The position numbers were made by a program, and so were the translations under genes. This document shows positions 16,937 through 27,239 of a stretch of DNA of 64,000 nucleotides, piece by piece (position 1 is the stretch's first letter; every line of letters begins with the position of its first letter). This DNA comes from Patescibacteria group bacterium (lineage in GTDB: Bacteria; Patescibacteriota; Patescibacteriia; UBA9934; GWF2-40-263), in contig JBBTSF010000064.1 of assembly GCA_038064815.1 (NCBI GenBank), positions 2,308 to 66,307 on the forward strand, given 5' to 3'. Below the pieces are notes generated by a model. It did no database searches. It worked only from the letters and a program-made list of their open reading frames with translations, and had not been told where the DNA came from.

Positions 16937-17373
16937 TGTCTATGCAATATCGCTCCAACACCCCAGAGCAAACAAAAAAAATCGCCGCTGAGGTCGCTCA
17001 AACCCTCAAAGCGGGCGATGTTCTTTTTTTGGAAGGGAATTTGGGCTCAGGGAAAACGACGTTCGTGCAAGGTTTGGTTGAAGCTTTTCGCTACGATGGG
17101 CCTGTGCGGAGTCCTACGTTCGCCATCATGAATGTGTACCCAACCTCACACCCAACGATTCAAAAAATTGTTCATGTCGATTTATATCGTTTGGCCGACG
17201 CGAGTGAACTTCGGACGCTCGCGCTTGAAGAATGTTTGGAAGATCCAAATGCCCTTGTCATTGTTGAGTGGCCGCACCTTCTTGAACCACTGATCAAAAA
17301 ACCTTACACGAAAATCACCTTTGCCTTTTTAGAAAATGAAGCACGTCTTTTGACGATTGAAAAATATCCGTGA
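16936..17373 (+). CDS. tsaE: tRNA threonylcarbamoyladenosine biosynthesis ATPase TsaE
   Basis: The P-loop LFLEGNLGSGKTTFVQGL. The TAATG overlaps the tsaD stop. Confidence 0.85.
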   Translation: MSMQYRSNTPEQTKKIAAEVAQTLKAGDVLFLEGNLGSGKTTFVQGLVEAFRYDGPVRSPTFAIMNVYPTSHPTIQKIVHVDLYRLADASELRTLALEECLEDPNALVIVEWPHLLEPLIKKPYTKITFAFLENEARLLTIEKYP

Positions 17374-17376
17374 GGA

Positions 17377-19107
17377 TTATTCTCCTGCGACACGCAGGAT
17401 TTCATCAATGGTTGTGAGTCCGTCGAGAACTTTCAAAATTCCATCCTGTTGCATGGTCACCATGCCTTGTTGTTTTGCGAGTTCGCGCACTTGATATTCG
17501 GAAATCGATTCAGACATCGCGGCTTTAATCTCATCGCTCATAGTGAGAATTTCATAAATTCCCAAACGTCCTTTGTAGCCAGAGTTGTTGCACACCACGC
17601 ATCCTTTTCCTTTCAAAAATTTCCATTCGGTTTCAGCAGGCGTTTTTTCTCCAGAGGCTGCCGGGATTTCTGCAACGACCTTTTTTACAAATTCAAGTTG
17701 CGTTGGTTCAAGTGTGACTTCTTCTTTGCACTCGTTACAGATTCGTCGTGTGAGACGTTGTCCGATAATCGCATTCATGGCAGGAGCCAAAAGAAACGGC
17801 TTCACGCCCATGGAAAGAAAGCGGGGGATAGCTCCGGCGGCATCATTGGTGTGAAGTGTAGAAAGCATGAGGTGTCCGGTGAGTGCGGCGTTGATCGCGA
17901 CTTCAGCCGTTTCCAAATCTCGAATTTCTCCAACCATCACCACATCCGGATCTTGGCGCAAAATAGAACGCAACCCGTTTGCGAACGTGTAGTTTTTATC
18001 TTGAGAAATTTGCGATTGGTTGATGCCTTGCAGTTTGTACTCGATTGGATCTTCCAATGTGACGATCTTCACGTCCGACGTGTTGCGCTTTCGCAAAATA
18101 GCGTACAACGTTGTCGTTTTTCCGGATCCGGTTGGACCCGTGGTCATGATCATGCCGTGTGGCTTTTCAATTTCCTTGAGAAGTTTTGCAGCCACAAGTG
18201 GACGAAACCCTAACTTTTCAAAATCTACATTAATCGCGCTTGGTTTCAAAATACGCATCACGACCGATTCACCCCACGTGGTTGGGATCGTTGAAACACG
18301 CACATCCGTGTCGCCTTCTTTGAGAAAAATCGTAAAGCGTCCATCTTGTGGGCGTTCGTTCACGTTGATTTTGAGACCGCTGATGAGCTTGATACGCGCG
18401 ACAATTTTTTTCCAAAATTCATGGGGAAGCACGGCGACTTCCTGCAACACACCATCAATACGAAAACGCACCACGATTTGTTTTTCCTCCGCTTCGACGT
18501 GCACATCGCTTGTGCCAAATTGGAGACCTGCCGCCATAATGATGGTCATCATGTCTGTGGTGGTGGCGTGATCCATGACGGCCTGAATGTCTTTGTATGT
18601 TTTGAGTTGGGCCACGTATTTTTCCAACTCTTCATCCGTGACTTTGACTCCTTTGACGATCTGTTTAATCTTTGGCAACGCGTCGTACGCCTTGATGGCG
18701 ATGCGAAGACTTTCGTCTGAAATCAAATAGAGTCCACCGTTTGCTTTGTTGCGTTCCTGAATCTGATAGAGAAGATCTTTCACGGCTTGTGAGTCTGGTT
18801 GCGTAGAGGCAATGCGAATTTCTGGACCAGTAAACAAAAAACACACAGCTTTGAGCTGTTCGGCTTGTTCTTGTGGAATTTGTCGAAGCGCTTCTGGGGA
18901 AACGGGGAAGCCTTTGAGGTTTACGTACGGGACATGAAGTGTTTTTGCGTGTTCTTGTGCTTGCACCTCTTTTTCTTTGATGCGCACTTCATGCATCTTC
19001 ACTTCAAATGCTTCTTGAACGGTAATACCGCTGCCTGCATTTTTTTCAGGAGATTTTGCTCCTGTGAGTTTGAGCAGAGCTTCGATGCTTTGGATAGCGT
19101 CATTCAT
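17377..19107 (-). CDS. pilB: type IV pilus assembly ATPase PilB / GspE family
   Basis: Walker A GPTGSGKTTTLYA, GEIRD, and the C-terminal tetracysteine CNECKEEV...CVVCNNSGYKGR. Confidence 0.85.
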   Translation of the reverse strand: MNDAIQSIEALLKLTGAKSPEKNAGSGITVQEAFEVKMHEVRIKEKEVQAQEHAKTLHVPYVNLKGFPVSPEALRQIPQEQAEQLKAVCFLFTGPEIRIASTQPDSQAVKDLLYQIQERNKANGGLYLISDESLRIAIKAYDALPKIKQIVKGVKVTDEELEKYVAQLKTYKDIQAVMDHATTTDMMTIIMAAGLQFGTSDVHVEAEEKQIVVRFRIDGVLQEVAVLPHEFWKKIVARIKLISGLKINVNERPQDGRFTIFLKEGDTDVRVSTIPTTWGESVVMRILKPSAINVDFEKLGFRPLVAAKLLKEIEKPHGMIMTTGPTGSGKTTTLYAILRKRNTSDVKIVTLEDPIEYKLQGINQSQISQDKNYTFANGLRSILRQDPDVVMVGEIRDLETAEVAINAALTGHLMLSTLHTNDAAGAIPRFLSMGVKPFLLAPAMNAIIGQRLTRRICNECKEEVTLEPTQLEFVKKVVAEIPAASGEKTPAETEWKFLKGKGCVVCNNSGYKGRLGIYEILTMSDEIKAAMSESISEYQVRELAKQQGMVTMQQDGILKVLDGLTTIDEILRVAGE

Positions 19108-19116
19108 AGGGATTCA

Positions 19117-20103
19117 TCAGGAAGCATGAAAGAGTCTGAGGATTTTTGCAAATGCTTTTTTGCCGTAGGTGCGATGTGCAGCATGTTTGTAAAATGCACA
19201 CCAAGCGCTGTACTGAAAACTCACCAGTGCTCCACCCACCGTAAAGATGAGACCAAGAATGATGAGAAGCAGAACCAGGTTGAGGCCCAACAAAAGAGAA
19301 GAAGAGCCTGAGATAAAGGTAAGAGTAAAAAGGAATGAGTATGGGATGCTCAAGAGAATGAGGAGTGTGACAAGGCAAAGTCCGGCGATACAGACCAGGG
19401 CGAACAGCACGAAACCGAATTCAAGTGTTGTGAGCCATTGTTTTTTGAACAGCTGAAGGGCTTTGCGGATCGCTTCAAACGCATGATGATCTGCTTCGAC
19501 AACGTCCACAATCGCCAGCATGGAAAGAATGTGAAGAACGATGACCGCTGGGATAAACAAAACCAAGTGACAAAAAAGAAGGGTTGAGGAGAAGCTGTTT
19601 CCATTGAGCAAAAACAAAAGGGTAGGGAGTGTAGTCAGGGCGGTGAGCAAGATGGTGAGAATTTTTGTGAATGCATCGACAAGAAAAATATCCCAGAAGT
19701 GTTTGTGAACAGAGCGTCGAAGTTCTGTGAAATTTTTTTGTGTGAAACGAACCGAGTGAATCAGCGCCGCTTGGGAAATGATTCCGAGGACGAGAAAGAA
19801 TAAACAAAAGAGCGTGCAAAGAATGAGAAACGCTCCAATTTGACCAGGGCCAATCTGTTGAAACAGAAGGATTGCCTGCGAGGCGTAAGCATATCCAACA
19901 AATGTTTGATCCAGAAGCTGTTCAAGAAAAGAACCTGCGGCAGTGGCTTGTTTCAGTCCGGAGAGGGCGACTTCAAAGACTCCGCCGGTTGAAATGAATC
20001 CTGCGAAGATACCAAAAATCCACAAGGATTTTCGCTGCCAGGTGTGCGTGAATGCTTCACGGAGCAGAGTGCGATAAATCGATGTGGATTTTTTTGTGGG
20101 CAT
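19117..20103 (-). CDS. hypothetical polytopic membrane protein
   Basis: 328 aa with 7 to 8 hydrophobic helices. Sits between ftsH and pilB on the same strand. No recognizable family. Confidence 0.5.
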   Translation of the reverse strand: MPTKKSTSIYRTLLREAFTHTWQRKSLWIFGIFAGFISTGGVFEVALSGLKQATAAGSFLEQLLDQTFVGYAYASQAILLFQQIGPGQIGAFLILCTLFCLFFLVLGIISQAALIHSVRFTQKNFTELRRSVHKHFWDIFLVDAFTKILTILLTALTTLPTLLFLLNGNSFSSTLLFCHLVLFIPAVIVLHILSMLAIVDVVEADHHAFEAIRKALQLFKKQWLTTLEFGFVLFALVCIAGLCLVTLLILLSIPYSFLFTLTFISGSSSLLLGLNLVLLLIILGLIFTVGGALVSFQYSAWCAFYKHAAHRTYGKKAFAKILRLFHAS

Positions 20104-20120
20104 ATTCTTTTTTGGGAGAA

Positions 20121-21932
20121 CTATGCCTCGAAGATGGCGGCGAATGCTTCTTTTTCAATCGTTTCCTTTTCAAGCAAGACGTTCGCAATGGCGTCGAGGT
20201 ATTTTTTTTCTTTCTGAATTATACCACGAGCCGTTTCCATTGCACGAGAGATAAGCAATCGCACTTCTGCATCAATTGCTTCTGCTGTTTTTTCTGAGTA
20301 GTTTCTTTGTTCGTGAATTTCCTTCCCGAGAAAAACCATTTCTTGCGATTCCCCAAAGACTTGAGGTCCAAGTGCATCACTCATGCCGAACCGCATGACA
20401 ATTTCGCGGGCGAGACGTGTACACTTTCGTAAATCATCGGATGGGCCTGTGGTGATGTCTCCGAAGGTATCCATTTCTGCCACGAATCCTCCGAGCATGA
20501 CGGCCATGTCATCGATGAATGTGGAGCGTTTGTGCAAGCGAACATCTGCGGAAGGAAGTTTCAGCGTGTATCCACCGGCCGAGCCACGAGGAATGATGGA
20601 AACTTTGTGAACCGGATCGGCGTTTGGAAGCATGCGTGCAACCAGTGCGTGACCGGCTTCGTGATAGGCGGTGACTTTCTTTTCTTCAGCATTCATCACG
20701 TAACTCTTGCGTTCGGGACCGAGAAGCACTTTTTCGATCGAGTCGAGTGTGTCTTCTTGAGTGATTTCTTTTCGATCAAAGCGTGCGGCTCGGATCGCTG
20801 CCTCGTTCAAAATGTTCATGAGGTCGGCTCCGGAAAAACCGGGAGTGCGTTCTGCGACACGACGGAGGTTTACATCTGTGGCAAACGGTTTACCCTTCGC
20901 GTGCAGTTCCAGAATTTCGACGCGTTCGTTGATGTCTGGAAGATCGAGCATGACGCGGCGATCGAAGCGTCCAGGACGTAGGAGGGCAGGATCCAGGACA
21001 TCTGGGCGGTTTGTAGCGGCGATGACGATCACGCCGATGTTTGTTTCAAATCCATCCATTTCTACCAAGATTTGGTTGAGCGTTTGTTCACGTTCGTCGT
21101 GACTTCCTCCCAGGCCAGTTCCGCGTTGGCGTCCAACTGCATCGATTTCGTCGACGAAGATAATACAAGGAGCGGCTTTTTTTGCACGCGCGAAGAGATC
21201 GCGAACACGGGAAGCTCCGACTCCGACGAACATTTCGACGAATTCAGAACCGCTCATGTGAAAGAAGGGAACTCCTGCCTCACCGGCAACAGCTCGGGCC
21301 ATGAGAGTTTTTCCCGTTCCCGGACGACCCATCATCAGCACACCTTTTGGCAGTTTCGCGCCAAGGTCAGAAAACTTTTTTGGATTTTTCAGGAACTCAA
21401 CGACTTCTTCGAGTTCAACCTTCGCTTCTTTTGATCCAGCCACATCTTTGAATGTGACTTTTTGTTTTGTGTCCTTGATTTCTTTTGCGCCAGACATCCC
21501 AAACGACATTGCGCGGTTGTTTGCGCCCTGCATTTGGCGGAGCATGAACCAAAAGATTCCAACAAGAAGGATAAGGGGAAGAAGAGATGGCAGAATGACT
21601 CCTAAGATGTAGGAACGTGTGCTGCGATCTTGGATTTCGATATTGGCGGCGCGGATGTCGTCAGCCTCCAGTCCGTATTGTGTGAGAATTTCTTCGAGCG
21701 ACGCGGAACTATCTTTGCGTGTTTTCTGATCGGTCTCATCCTTCAGTTTGATGGTGACTTCCGAGCCCTCCACTTTTGTGGATTGCACGAGTCCTTTTTC
21801 GACTTCTTCAGCGAGCGTGGCGATCGAGATGCTTTGTGGTTTTTTTCCCTGCAGGGAGATGCTGGAAAAAATAGCAGAGATAACCAAAACAACAATGATC
21901 GCCAAGATGATGTTTTTGGAAAGAGGTTTCAT
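20121..21932 (-). CDS. ftsH: ATP-dependent zinc metalloprotease FtsH
   Basis: AAA+ Walker A GPPGTGKT is present as [23 protein letters not shown]. The HEAGHA zinc site and SRH are present. The start is the ATG at 21932 ([10 protein letters not shown] with a TM helix); the track ORF extends upstream. Confidence 0.9.
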   Translation of the reverse strand: MKPLSKNIILAIIVVLVISAIFSSISLQGKKPQSISIATLAEEVEKGLVQSTKVEGSEVTIKLKDETDQKTRKDSSASLEEILTQYGLEADDIRAANIEIQDRSTRSYILGVILPSLLPLILLVGIFWFMLRQMQGANNRAMSFGMSGAKEIKDTKQKVTFKDVAGSKEAKVELEEVVEFLKNPKKFSDLGAKLPKGVLMMGRPGTGKTLMARAVAGEAGVPFFHMSGSEFVEMFVGVGASRVRDLFARAKKAAPCIIFVDEIDAVGRQRGTGLGGSHDEREQTLNQILVEMDGFETNIGVIVIAATNRPDVLDPALLRPGRFDRRVMLDLPDINERVEILELHAKGKPFATDVNLRRVAERTPGFSGADLMNILNEAAIRAARFDRKEITQEDTLDSIEKVLLGPERKSYVMNAEEKKVTAYHEAGHALVARMLPNADPVHKVSIIPRGSAGGYTLKLPSADVRLHKRSTFIDDMAVMLGGFVAEMDTFGDITTGPSDDLRKCTRLAREIVMRFGMSDALGPQVFGESQEMVFLGKEIHEQRNYSEKTAEAIDAEVRLLISRAMETARGIIQKEKKYLDAIANVLLEKETIEKEAFAAIFEA

Positions 21933-21987
21933 AGGAGATGGAAAAGGGGAAACCCGGCTCTGCCGGGAAAGAACAAGAACGAAGGGA

Positions 21988-23127
21988 TTATTCTGCAGGT
22001 TTTGCTTCTGGTGCAGGGGCGGCCGCGGTTGGCTGCTCATTCATTTTTTTCCAGACAGCTTCGTCAGCGGCTTTCAAGGAAAGACCGAGACGGTGTTCGT
22101 TTGGTTCGATGGAAACAATGCGGAAGGTCAGCTTGTCTCCAGATTTTGCGATGGTGTTTACGTCCGCAACCGGCTTTTCAGAAAGCTCGCTGACGTGGGC
22201 AAGTCCGTGGATTTCTGGATCGAGTTCTACGAAGAATCCAAATGGATTCACTTTCAGAACGGTTCCTTCCACCAAGCTGCCAACAGTGTAGCGCTCATAG
22301 ACGTTTGCCCATGGATCTCGGACGAGTTTCTTCATGGAAAGGAAAATTTTACTTCCTTCGATTCCAATGATTTCCGCTTTCACGGTTTGTCCGATCTTAA
22401 GTAGATCGCGTGGATGGTCAATTCGTTGCCAAGCAATTTCGCTGATGTGCACCAATCCTTCGAGAGAATCAAATTTGACGAAGGCGCCGAAGTCCGCAAC
22501 TGCGGTGACTTCTCCTTCAATCTTGTCTCCGACTTTGAATTGAGAGATGACGTTCTTCTGCTCATCTTCCCAAACCGCCTTTTCAGAAACGATCAGTTTT
22601 TCTTCTTGTTCGTTGACATCAATAATGCGCACGGCCATCTTTTGACCCATGAGCGATTTGAGCTTTTCAAGAATTTTGTTCTTATCTCCACCGCTTACGC
22701 GTGGGTAGTGCTCTGGAGAAAGTTGGGAAACAGGAAGAAATCCTGTGATGTGCTGGACGTTGACGATGAGACCACCTTTGTTGGCTTCCAAAATTTTTGT
22801 TTCCACGGATTCGCCTGTCGTAAAAATGCGGCGAAGTTCTTCCCAAGCGCGTGCTTGGCCGGCAAAGCGGAACGAAAGTTCCATTTCGCCATTTTCGTTT
22901 TCAAGCTCGATGATCGTCGCTTTGACTTCCTCGCCTGTGGCAAGGTTGCCGTACTCGCTGCTTTCTGAAAAAAGTTCACGTCCTCGGACGACACCGGTGG
23001 ACATCCCATTGATGTCGAGTCGAATCTCACGTCGACCCGCACCGATCACTTTGCCAGTGACCACGTCACCAACCTTCGGAATATTTAAATACTCTCCTCC
23101 CTCAAGTAACTTTTGAAACTCAGACAT
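21988..23127 (-). CDS. rpsA: 30S ribosomal protein S1, short four-S1-domain form
   Basis: Repeated S1 domains of the form GDVVTGKV...GLVHISE. The start is the ATG at 23127 (MSEFQKLLEG). Confidence 0.85.
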   Translation of the reverse strand: MSEFQKLLEGGEYLNIPKVGDVVTGKVIGAGRREIRLDINGMSTGVVRGRELFSESSEYGNLATGEEVKATIIELENENGEMELSFRFAGQARAWEELRRIFTTGESVETKILEANKGGLIVNVQHITGFLPVSQLSPEHYPRVSGGDKNKILEKLKSLMGQKMAVRIIDVNEQEEKLIVSEKAVWEDEQKNVISQFKVGDKIEGEVTAVADFGAFVKFDSLEGLVHISEIAWQRIDHPRDLLKIGQTVKAEIIGIEGSKIFLSMKKLVRDPWANVYERYTVGSLVEGTVLKVNPFGFFVELDPEIHGLAHVSELSEKPVADVNTIAKSGDKLTFRIVSIEPNEHRLGLSLKAADEAVWKKMNEQPTAAAPAPEAKPAE

Positions 23128-23273
23128 GGGTTGTGTGTTTTGCACATTTTTTCCGCAAGACGGCTTCCGCACAAGGAGTGACCCAAGGCATGGCGGCCCG
23201 ACGGCACTAAGAATTAATAAGCCTCGCGAGTGTATCGAAAACATGGGGAATGGTCAAGAAAAGGCCTTCTTTT

Positions 23274-23302
23274 ATTGACAAAATGGCTTTTTTGTCGTAT
23301 AG
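23274..23302 (+). promoter_or_regulatory. sigma70-like promoter TTGACA-N17-TATAGT
   Basis: Exact spacing. A roughly 135 nt structured leader follows, with the hairpin GCGGTTTGG...CCTAAACCGC, before the GC-rich ORF at 23440. Confidence 0.4.
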
Positions 23303-23439
23303 TCTCACCTTAAAAGTAGCGGTTTGGCGCCTTTGTTAAAGCCCTAAACCGCCGCTTTTAACAAATTAGGAGCTCGATAAACGGGGATAGTCCTCGCAAT
23401 CGACCTCTCGCGGCTTCGAGGTAGATAAGGAGACTGACC

Positions 23440-24081
23440 ATGTCCGACAAGGATGTGCTCGGTGGCATCGCTCTGGCCAGTGTGGTCGGACCGATCGGTG
23501 ATCTCAACAGCAAGCTCGCGGGCAAGGAGGGAGAGAAGTGGCTCGCGGCCTTCAAGCGGTTCCTCCGCGGGGAGAACCCCTGGCCAGAGGTCCCCCTCTG
23601 GCGGAAGGTCGGTGACCTGGCGATCGAGGTCAACCTCGATGCGCCGCCCGTGATCCCGTTCGCGGACGCGACGGTCGAGTGGACCAAGCCCGGCCAGACC
23701 GGGTGGATCCGGGTGGAGCGCATCGGCGACCTCCTGTTCGTTGGAGGCAACGAGGTGCTCCTGCATCTCGACGCCGGTCAGCTGAAGGGGAAGTCGATCG
23801 TCGGCACCGAGCTCCGGAAGAAGCTGGAGCGGGAGGCCACGCTCCACCCGAACATCCTCGATGCCCTCTTCGAGAACCAGCACCTGATCCCGGACAACCT
23901 GAAGCAGAACGAGGATGGCAACACCATCTACCTCTACTTCTGGTCCGTCGTCTACCGCCACTCGGGCGGCGACCTGTACGTCCGCTACGTGTACTTCAGC
24001 GGCGGGCGGTGGCACCGGCGCTGCAACTGGCTCGGCGGCCGCTTCGGCGGCCAGAGCCCGGCTGCGGTCTCCGCGAGTTAG
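23440..24081 (+). CDS. hypothetical protein of 213 aa, about 65% GC, no recognizable family
   Basis: Good RBS AAGGAGACTGACC ATG and non-repetitive protein-like composition. The overlapping antisense ORFs are GC-content artifacts. Confidence 0.55.
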   Translation: MSDKDVLGGIALASVVGPIGDLNSKLAGKEGEKWLAAFKRFLRGENPWPEVPLWRKVGDLAIEVNLDAPPVIPFADATVEWTKPGQTGWIRVERIGDLLFVGGNEVLLHLDAGQLKGKSIVGTELRKKLEREATLHPNILDALFENQHLIPDNLKQNEDGNTIYLYFWSVVYRHSGGDLYVRYVYFSGGRWHRRCNWLGGRFGGQSPAAVSAS

Positions 24082-24248
24082 CGCTGGGGCTTTGGAACTT
24101 TGGGCGATCCATTGGCCCTTTGATCCTTGGCTCTTTGTCCTTTCTCGCGTCTCGCGTTCGCAAAGTCTCGCTACGTTCTCACGGCGAGGCTTTTTTATTT
24201 TCAGTAAGTTCCGTGAGCTTGTTGAACTCAAATCCAAAAAACCTTAAG

Positions 24249-25493
24249 ATGTGGCATATGTCTTTCAACCATCCACGCGGGGAACACCCGCCACTTGAAA
24301 CAACCGTTCCACCTAGTCATGAACCAGTAGAACCAGCTCCGCGAGATTTTGGGTTAGACAAAACCAAGCACGGAATTCCAGCGGCTCCGGCTGTGACGAT
24401 AGATGCCATGGAAGAATTCGTGCAAAGTCCGACAGAAGCGTATCCCGCCGAAACATCTGAAGATCAGACCAAGATTCCGTTGGGAGAGACGTTTACAGAT
24501 GCGTATGGGAATCAATATCGTGTTGATGAGAAATTGGGTGAGGGCGGAATGGGAGGAGTTTATAAAGTAGAGGATCTACGACTCGGCCTCCCGCGAGCCG
24601 TAAAGTTTATGCATGCAGAGGCTCGAAATGTTCCGTCAATGATGGCCCGTTTTCAAAGAGAAATTGAAGTGCTCGGACAAATGGAAAATCCGTTTATTGT
24701 GGCAGCCAACAAAGTCATAAGAGTGACCGTTGATGAACAGGAGACAGTTGGTCTGGTTATGGATTATGTAGAAGGGACCAGTCTCGACCGTCTCGTGAAA
24801 GACCGTTTGGAACCCGACCGCGTTGCCGTCCTCTCGGCTCAAATGTGTTTTGCACTCGAATCCCTGAGGAAAGCAGGAATCGTTCATCGGGATTTCAAAC
24901 CTGCCAATATTTTGATTCACGAAATGCCGGACGGTGAACAATTTGTGCGCATTGGAGATTTTGGGATTGCTGGCTTTGCGTTTGAAAAAGATCAGCCACT
25001 TGCAACAGATGAAACGACACCTGCATTACCTGGCAGAACAGTGCTGACACAGTCCGGAAGTTTTCTGGGAACGCCGGCTTACGCATCCCCTGAATCTGTT
25101 AAGAGCATGCCTGTTGATCATCGATCAGATCTCTATTCGCTAGGGTTGGTGATGTACAAGATGACCACAGGAGCAGAGCCATTTCAAGAGGTGACGGATC
25201 CAAAAGCGAATAAAAAAGATCAAGTGCACGCGCAACTGAAAGCGCATATGGAGAGTAAGCCAAAATCGTTTGGTGAACGAGGTGTGAAAGAGGTACCTGC
25301 TTGGCTTGAAGCGATCGTGTTTAAACTCTTAGATAAAGATCCAGATCAGCGATTCCAGTCCGCAGCAGAAGTGTTTGTTGCCCTTAAACAAGGAGTGAAA
25401 GAGAGTCATCCAGAAATGTTAAGTGAAATTCCCTTTATTTGGGACGTAAAACCACCAGAACACTATGCAACACCCACAGAAATCGCTGCTTGA
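24249..25493 (+). CDS. serine/threonine protein kinase
   Basis: Glycine loop LGEGGMGGVY, catalytic VHRDFKPANIL, DFG, and the APE-like GTPAYASPE. The start is the ATG at 24249 or 24258, inside the longer GC-rich artifact ORF 23679..25493. Confidence 0.85.
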   Translation: MWHMSFNHPRGEHPPLETTVPPSHEPVEPAPRDFGLDKTKHGIPAAPAVTIDAMEEFVQSPTEAYPAETSEDQTKIPLGETFTDAYGNQYRVDEKLGEGGMGGVYKVEDLRLGLPRAVKFMHAEARNVPSMMARFQREIEVLGQMENPFIVAANKVIRVTVDEQETVGLVMDYVEGTSLDRLVKDRLEPDRVAVLSAQMCFALESLRKAGIVHRDFKPANILIHEMPDGEQFVRIGDFGIAGFAFEKDQPLATDETTPALPGRTVLTQSGSFLGTPAYASPESVKSMPVDHRSDLYSLGLVMYKMTTGAEPFQEVTDPKANKKDQVHAQLKAHMESKPKSFGERGVKEVPAWLEAIVFKLLDKDPDQRFQSAAEVFVALKQGVKESHPEMLSEIPFIWDVKPPEHYATPTEIAA

Positions 25494-26148
25494 GGAATTT
25501 CAACATGCGATCCGGCATTTCGCACCGACCCTGCCAAAAGAGATTAAAAAAGAAGCGCAGGATATTCATGATCAGCTTTCAGAAGACCTGAAGGCAGATG
25601 AGATGCAGATTCGCAAAACGTTCTACGAAGTTGGGGTCAAAGAATATCCGTATCGTCGGGCGTACCAAGAACTCACAGAGGGGGAAGCCGGAGCACAAAT
25701 GAAAATGCTTGTACTCGAGCATGTCGACGAAACGGTTCGGGGTTTTATCAAGCCTCATCTTGATGCCGGAGTGTCCCTTGAGGAGCTTGTGAAAAGTGAA
25801 TTATTTGAAACACAGCTGACCGCAGAGCAGCGCTATCAGATTGAAGATGGAATTCTCGTGGCGAGCAGCAAAATTTCCGACGAGTTAAAAGTGCAGAAAA
25901 ATCCTACCGAAAGCACGCACTACGACGCGCTTGTCAAAAAGTGGACGGCGCACGCAAAGGAAATTCAAAAAGCAATCAATGAATACGAAGCACTCGCAAA
26001 ACGGGGAGATGACAATCAACGCCGAGAGATTCTGGAAAAGGCATTGGAGTATCGCGAAGGATTCCTTGTCACAGAGCCGGACGTGGAGCTCGAAGACGTC
26101 AAAAAAGAAATCGGGTATTGGGAAGAGATTTTCAAAGAGGGGGAGTAA
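25465..26148 (+). CDS. hypothetical acidic helical protein whose start overlaps the kinase stop by 29 nt
   Basis: ORF of 227 aa with no recognizable domain. Likely co-transcribed with the kinase. Confidence 0.45.
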   Translation: MQHPQKSLLEEFQHAIRHFAPTLPKEIKKEAQDIHDQLSEDLKADEMQIRKTFYEVGVKEYPYRRAYQELTEGEAGAQMKMLVLEHVDETVRGFIKPHLDAGVSLEELVKSELFETQLTAEQRYQIEDGILVASSKISDELKVQKNPTESTHYDALVKKWTAHAKEIQKAINEYEALAKRGDDNQRREILEKALEYREGFLVTEPDVELEDVKKEIGYWEEIFKEGE

Positions 26149-26215
26149 TCCCTCTCTTGTTTTTGGAGTACTTTCATGCTAATCTTTTTGCGTTATTCTT
26201 CCTTTCCGTCACCCT

Positions 26216-26869
26216 ATGCAACTTTCCTGGCACGGACTTTCTGCGTTTGAAATCGTTACAAAAAATACAGATGGTGAGGTGGTTCTTGTGACCGATCCAT
26301 ACGATAACGCGACCGGTCTTCGGTTTCCAAAAACAATTGAAGGTCATATTGTGACCGTCTCGCACGATGAAGCAGAGGCAAACAGCGTCACTTCTGTGAC
26401 GGGGTCACCGGCTCTCATTACAGTACCCGGCGAATTCGAAGTCCGTGGCGTCTTCGTGTTCGGAATCGACGCTCCGCTCAAACGTCAGGACAAAAAAGGA
26501 AGACCATCCCCAAACATTTTGTACCGCATTGAAACAGAAGGAATGCAGATTGCTCATCTGGGATCACTTGATCGTCTTCTTACCGATGAGGAACTTGAAC
26601 GTCTGAAAAATATCGACATCTTGATGGTTCCTGTTGGTGGAGGAATGGTTCTTTCCCCAACACTTGCTGCAGAAGTCATCAGTCAGATCGAGCCACGGGT
26701 GATTATTCCAATGATGTACGAACTTCCTGGCCTCAAAGAAACATATGGTCCTGTAGAAGCGTTTTATAAAGCGATGGGAGCCTGTCGTCGGGAAGATATG
26801 AATAAGTATAAAGTCACTCGCAAAGATCTTCCGGAAGAGGATATGCTTATTGTGACACTCACCAAATAG
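26216..26869 (+). CDS. MBL-fold metal-dependent hydrolase (UPF0173-like)
   Basis: ...VSHDEAEAN...HLGSLD...VPVGGG are beta-lactamase-fold motifs. Confidence 0.65.
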   Translation: MQLSWHGLSAFEIVTKNTDGEVVLVTDPYDNATGLRFPKTIEGHIVTVSHDEAEANSVTSVTGSPALITVPGEFEVRGVFVFGIDAPLKRQDKKGRPSPNILYRIETEGMQIAHLGSLDRLLTDEELERLKNIDILMVPVGGGMVLSPTLAAEVISQIEPRVIIPMMYELPGLKETYGPVEAFYKAMGACRREDMNKYKVTRKDLPEEDMLIVTLTK

Positions 26870-26870
26870 T

Positions 26871-27239
26871 ATGTATAAGGCGCCGGTTCGATTGGGACGG
26901 CTCAGTCGCAGACAGCAAGTCCTTTATTATGTCGGCGTTGGCATGACGATCCTACTCGTTCTGCTTGGATGGATTTTCTCGGCGCGCCAAGCGCTCATGG
27001 AAAACGTCAAAACCGCCAAAAGCGCTCTTGCAGATTCTGCACACACGGCACAAACGGAACTCGAAAAAACACGTGCCCTGCGCGCACAAGCGCAAGAGGG
27101 AATACAGAAAGCAAAGACAACGGGCGGAAGTTTGTTCGAACTTCACGACAAAAAAGAAGCCATCTCCAATCAACTTATTGAATCTCTTAAAGCTCAACTA
27201 GAAACAGACGCACTGTATGGCACCCAAGCTCCCCATTGA
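26871..27239 (+). CDS. hypothetical membrane-anchored coiled-coil protein
   Basis: An N-terminal TM helix followed by a helical segment. The 3' end overlaps the gyrA start. Confidence 0.4.
   Translation: MYKAPVRLGRLSRRQQVLYYVGVGMTILLVLLGWIFSARQALMENVKTAKSALADSAHTAQTELEKTRALRAQAQEGIQKAKTTGGSLFELHDKKEAISNQLIESLKAQLETDALYGTQAPH

Noticed and set aside
17449-18720. Plus-strand ORFs antisense to pilB (254, 183 and 124 aa), and similar antisense ORFs inside gyrA (27745..29076, 28506..29246), leuS (47704..48366, 48532..49305) and ftsH (21072..22404)
   Set aside because: They are long antisense frames inside well-supported, highly conserved genes. They have no RBS and their composition is Cys/His/Phe-rich, typical of antisense noise.
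23344-24248. Long ORFs 23344..24237 (-), 23453..23653 (+), 23915..24247 (+), and the first 190 codons of 23679..25493 (+)
   Set aside because: All lie in the 65% GC patch where every frame stays open. Their products are Arg/Pro/Ala-rich low-complexity. Only the frame with a strong RBS (23440..24081) and the kinase starting at 24249 look genuine.
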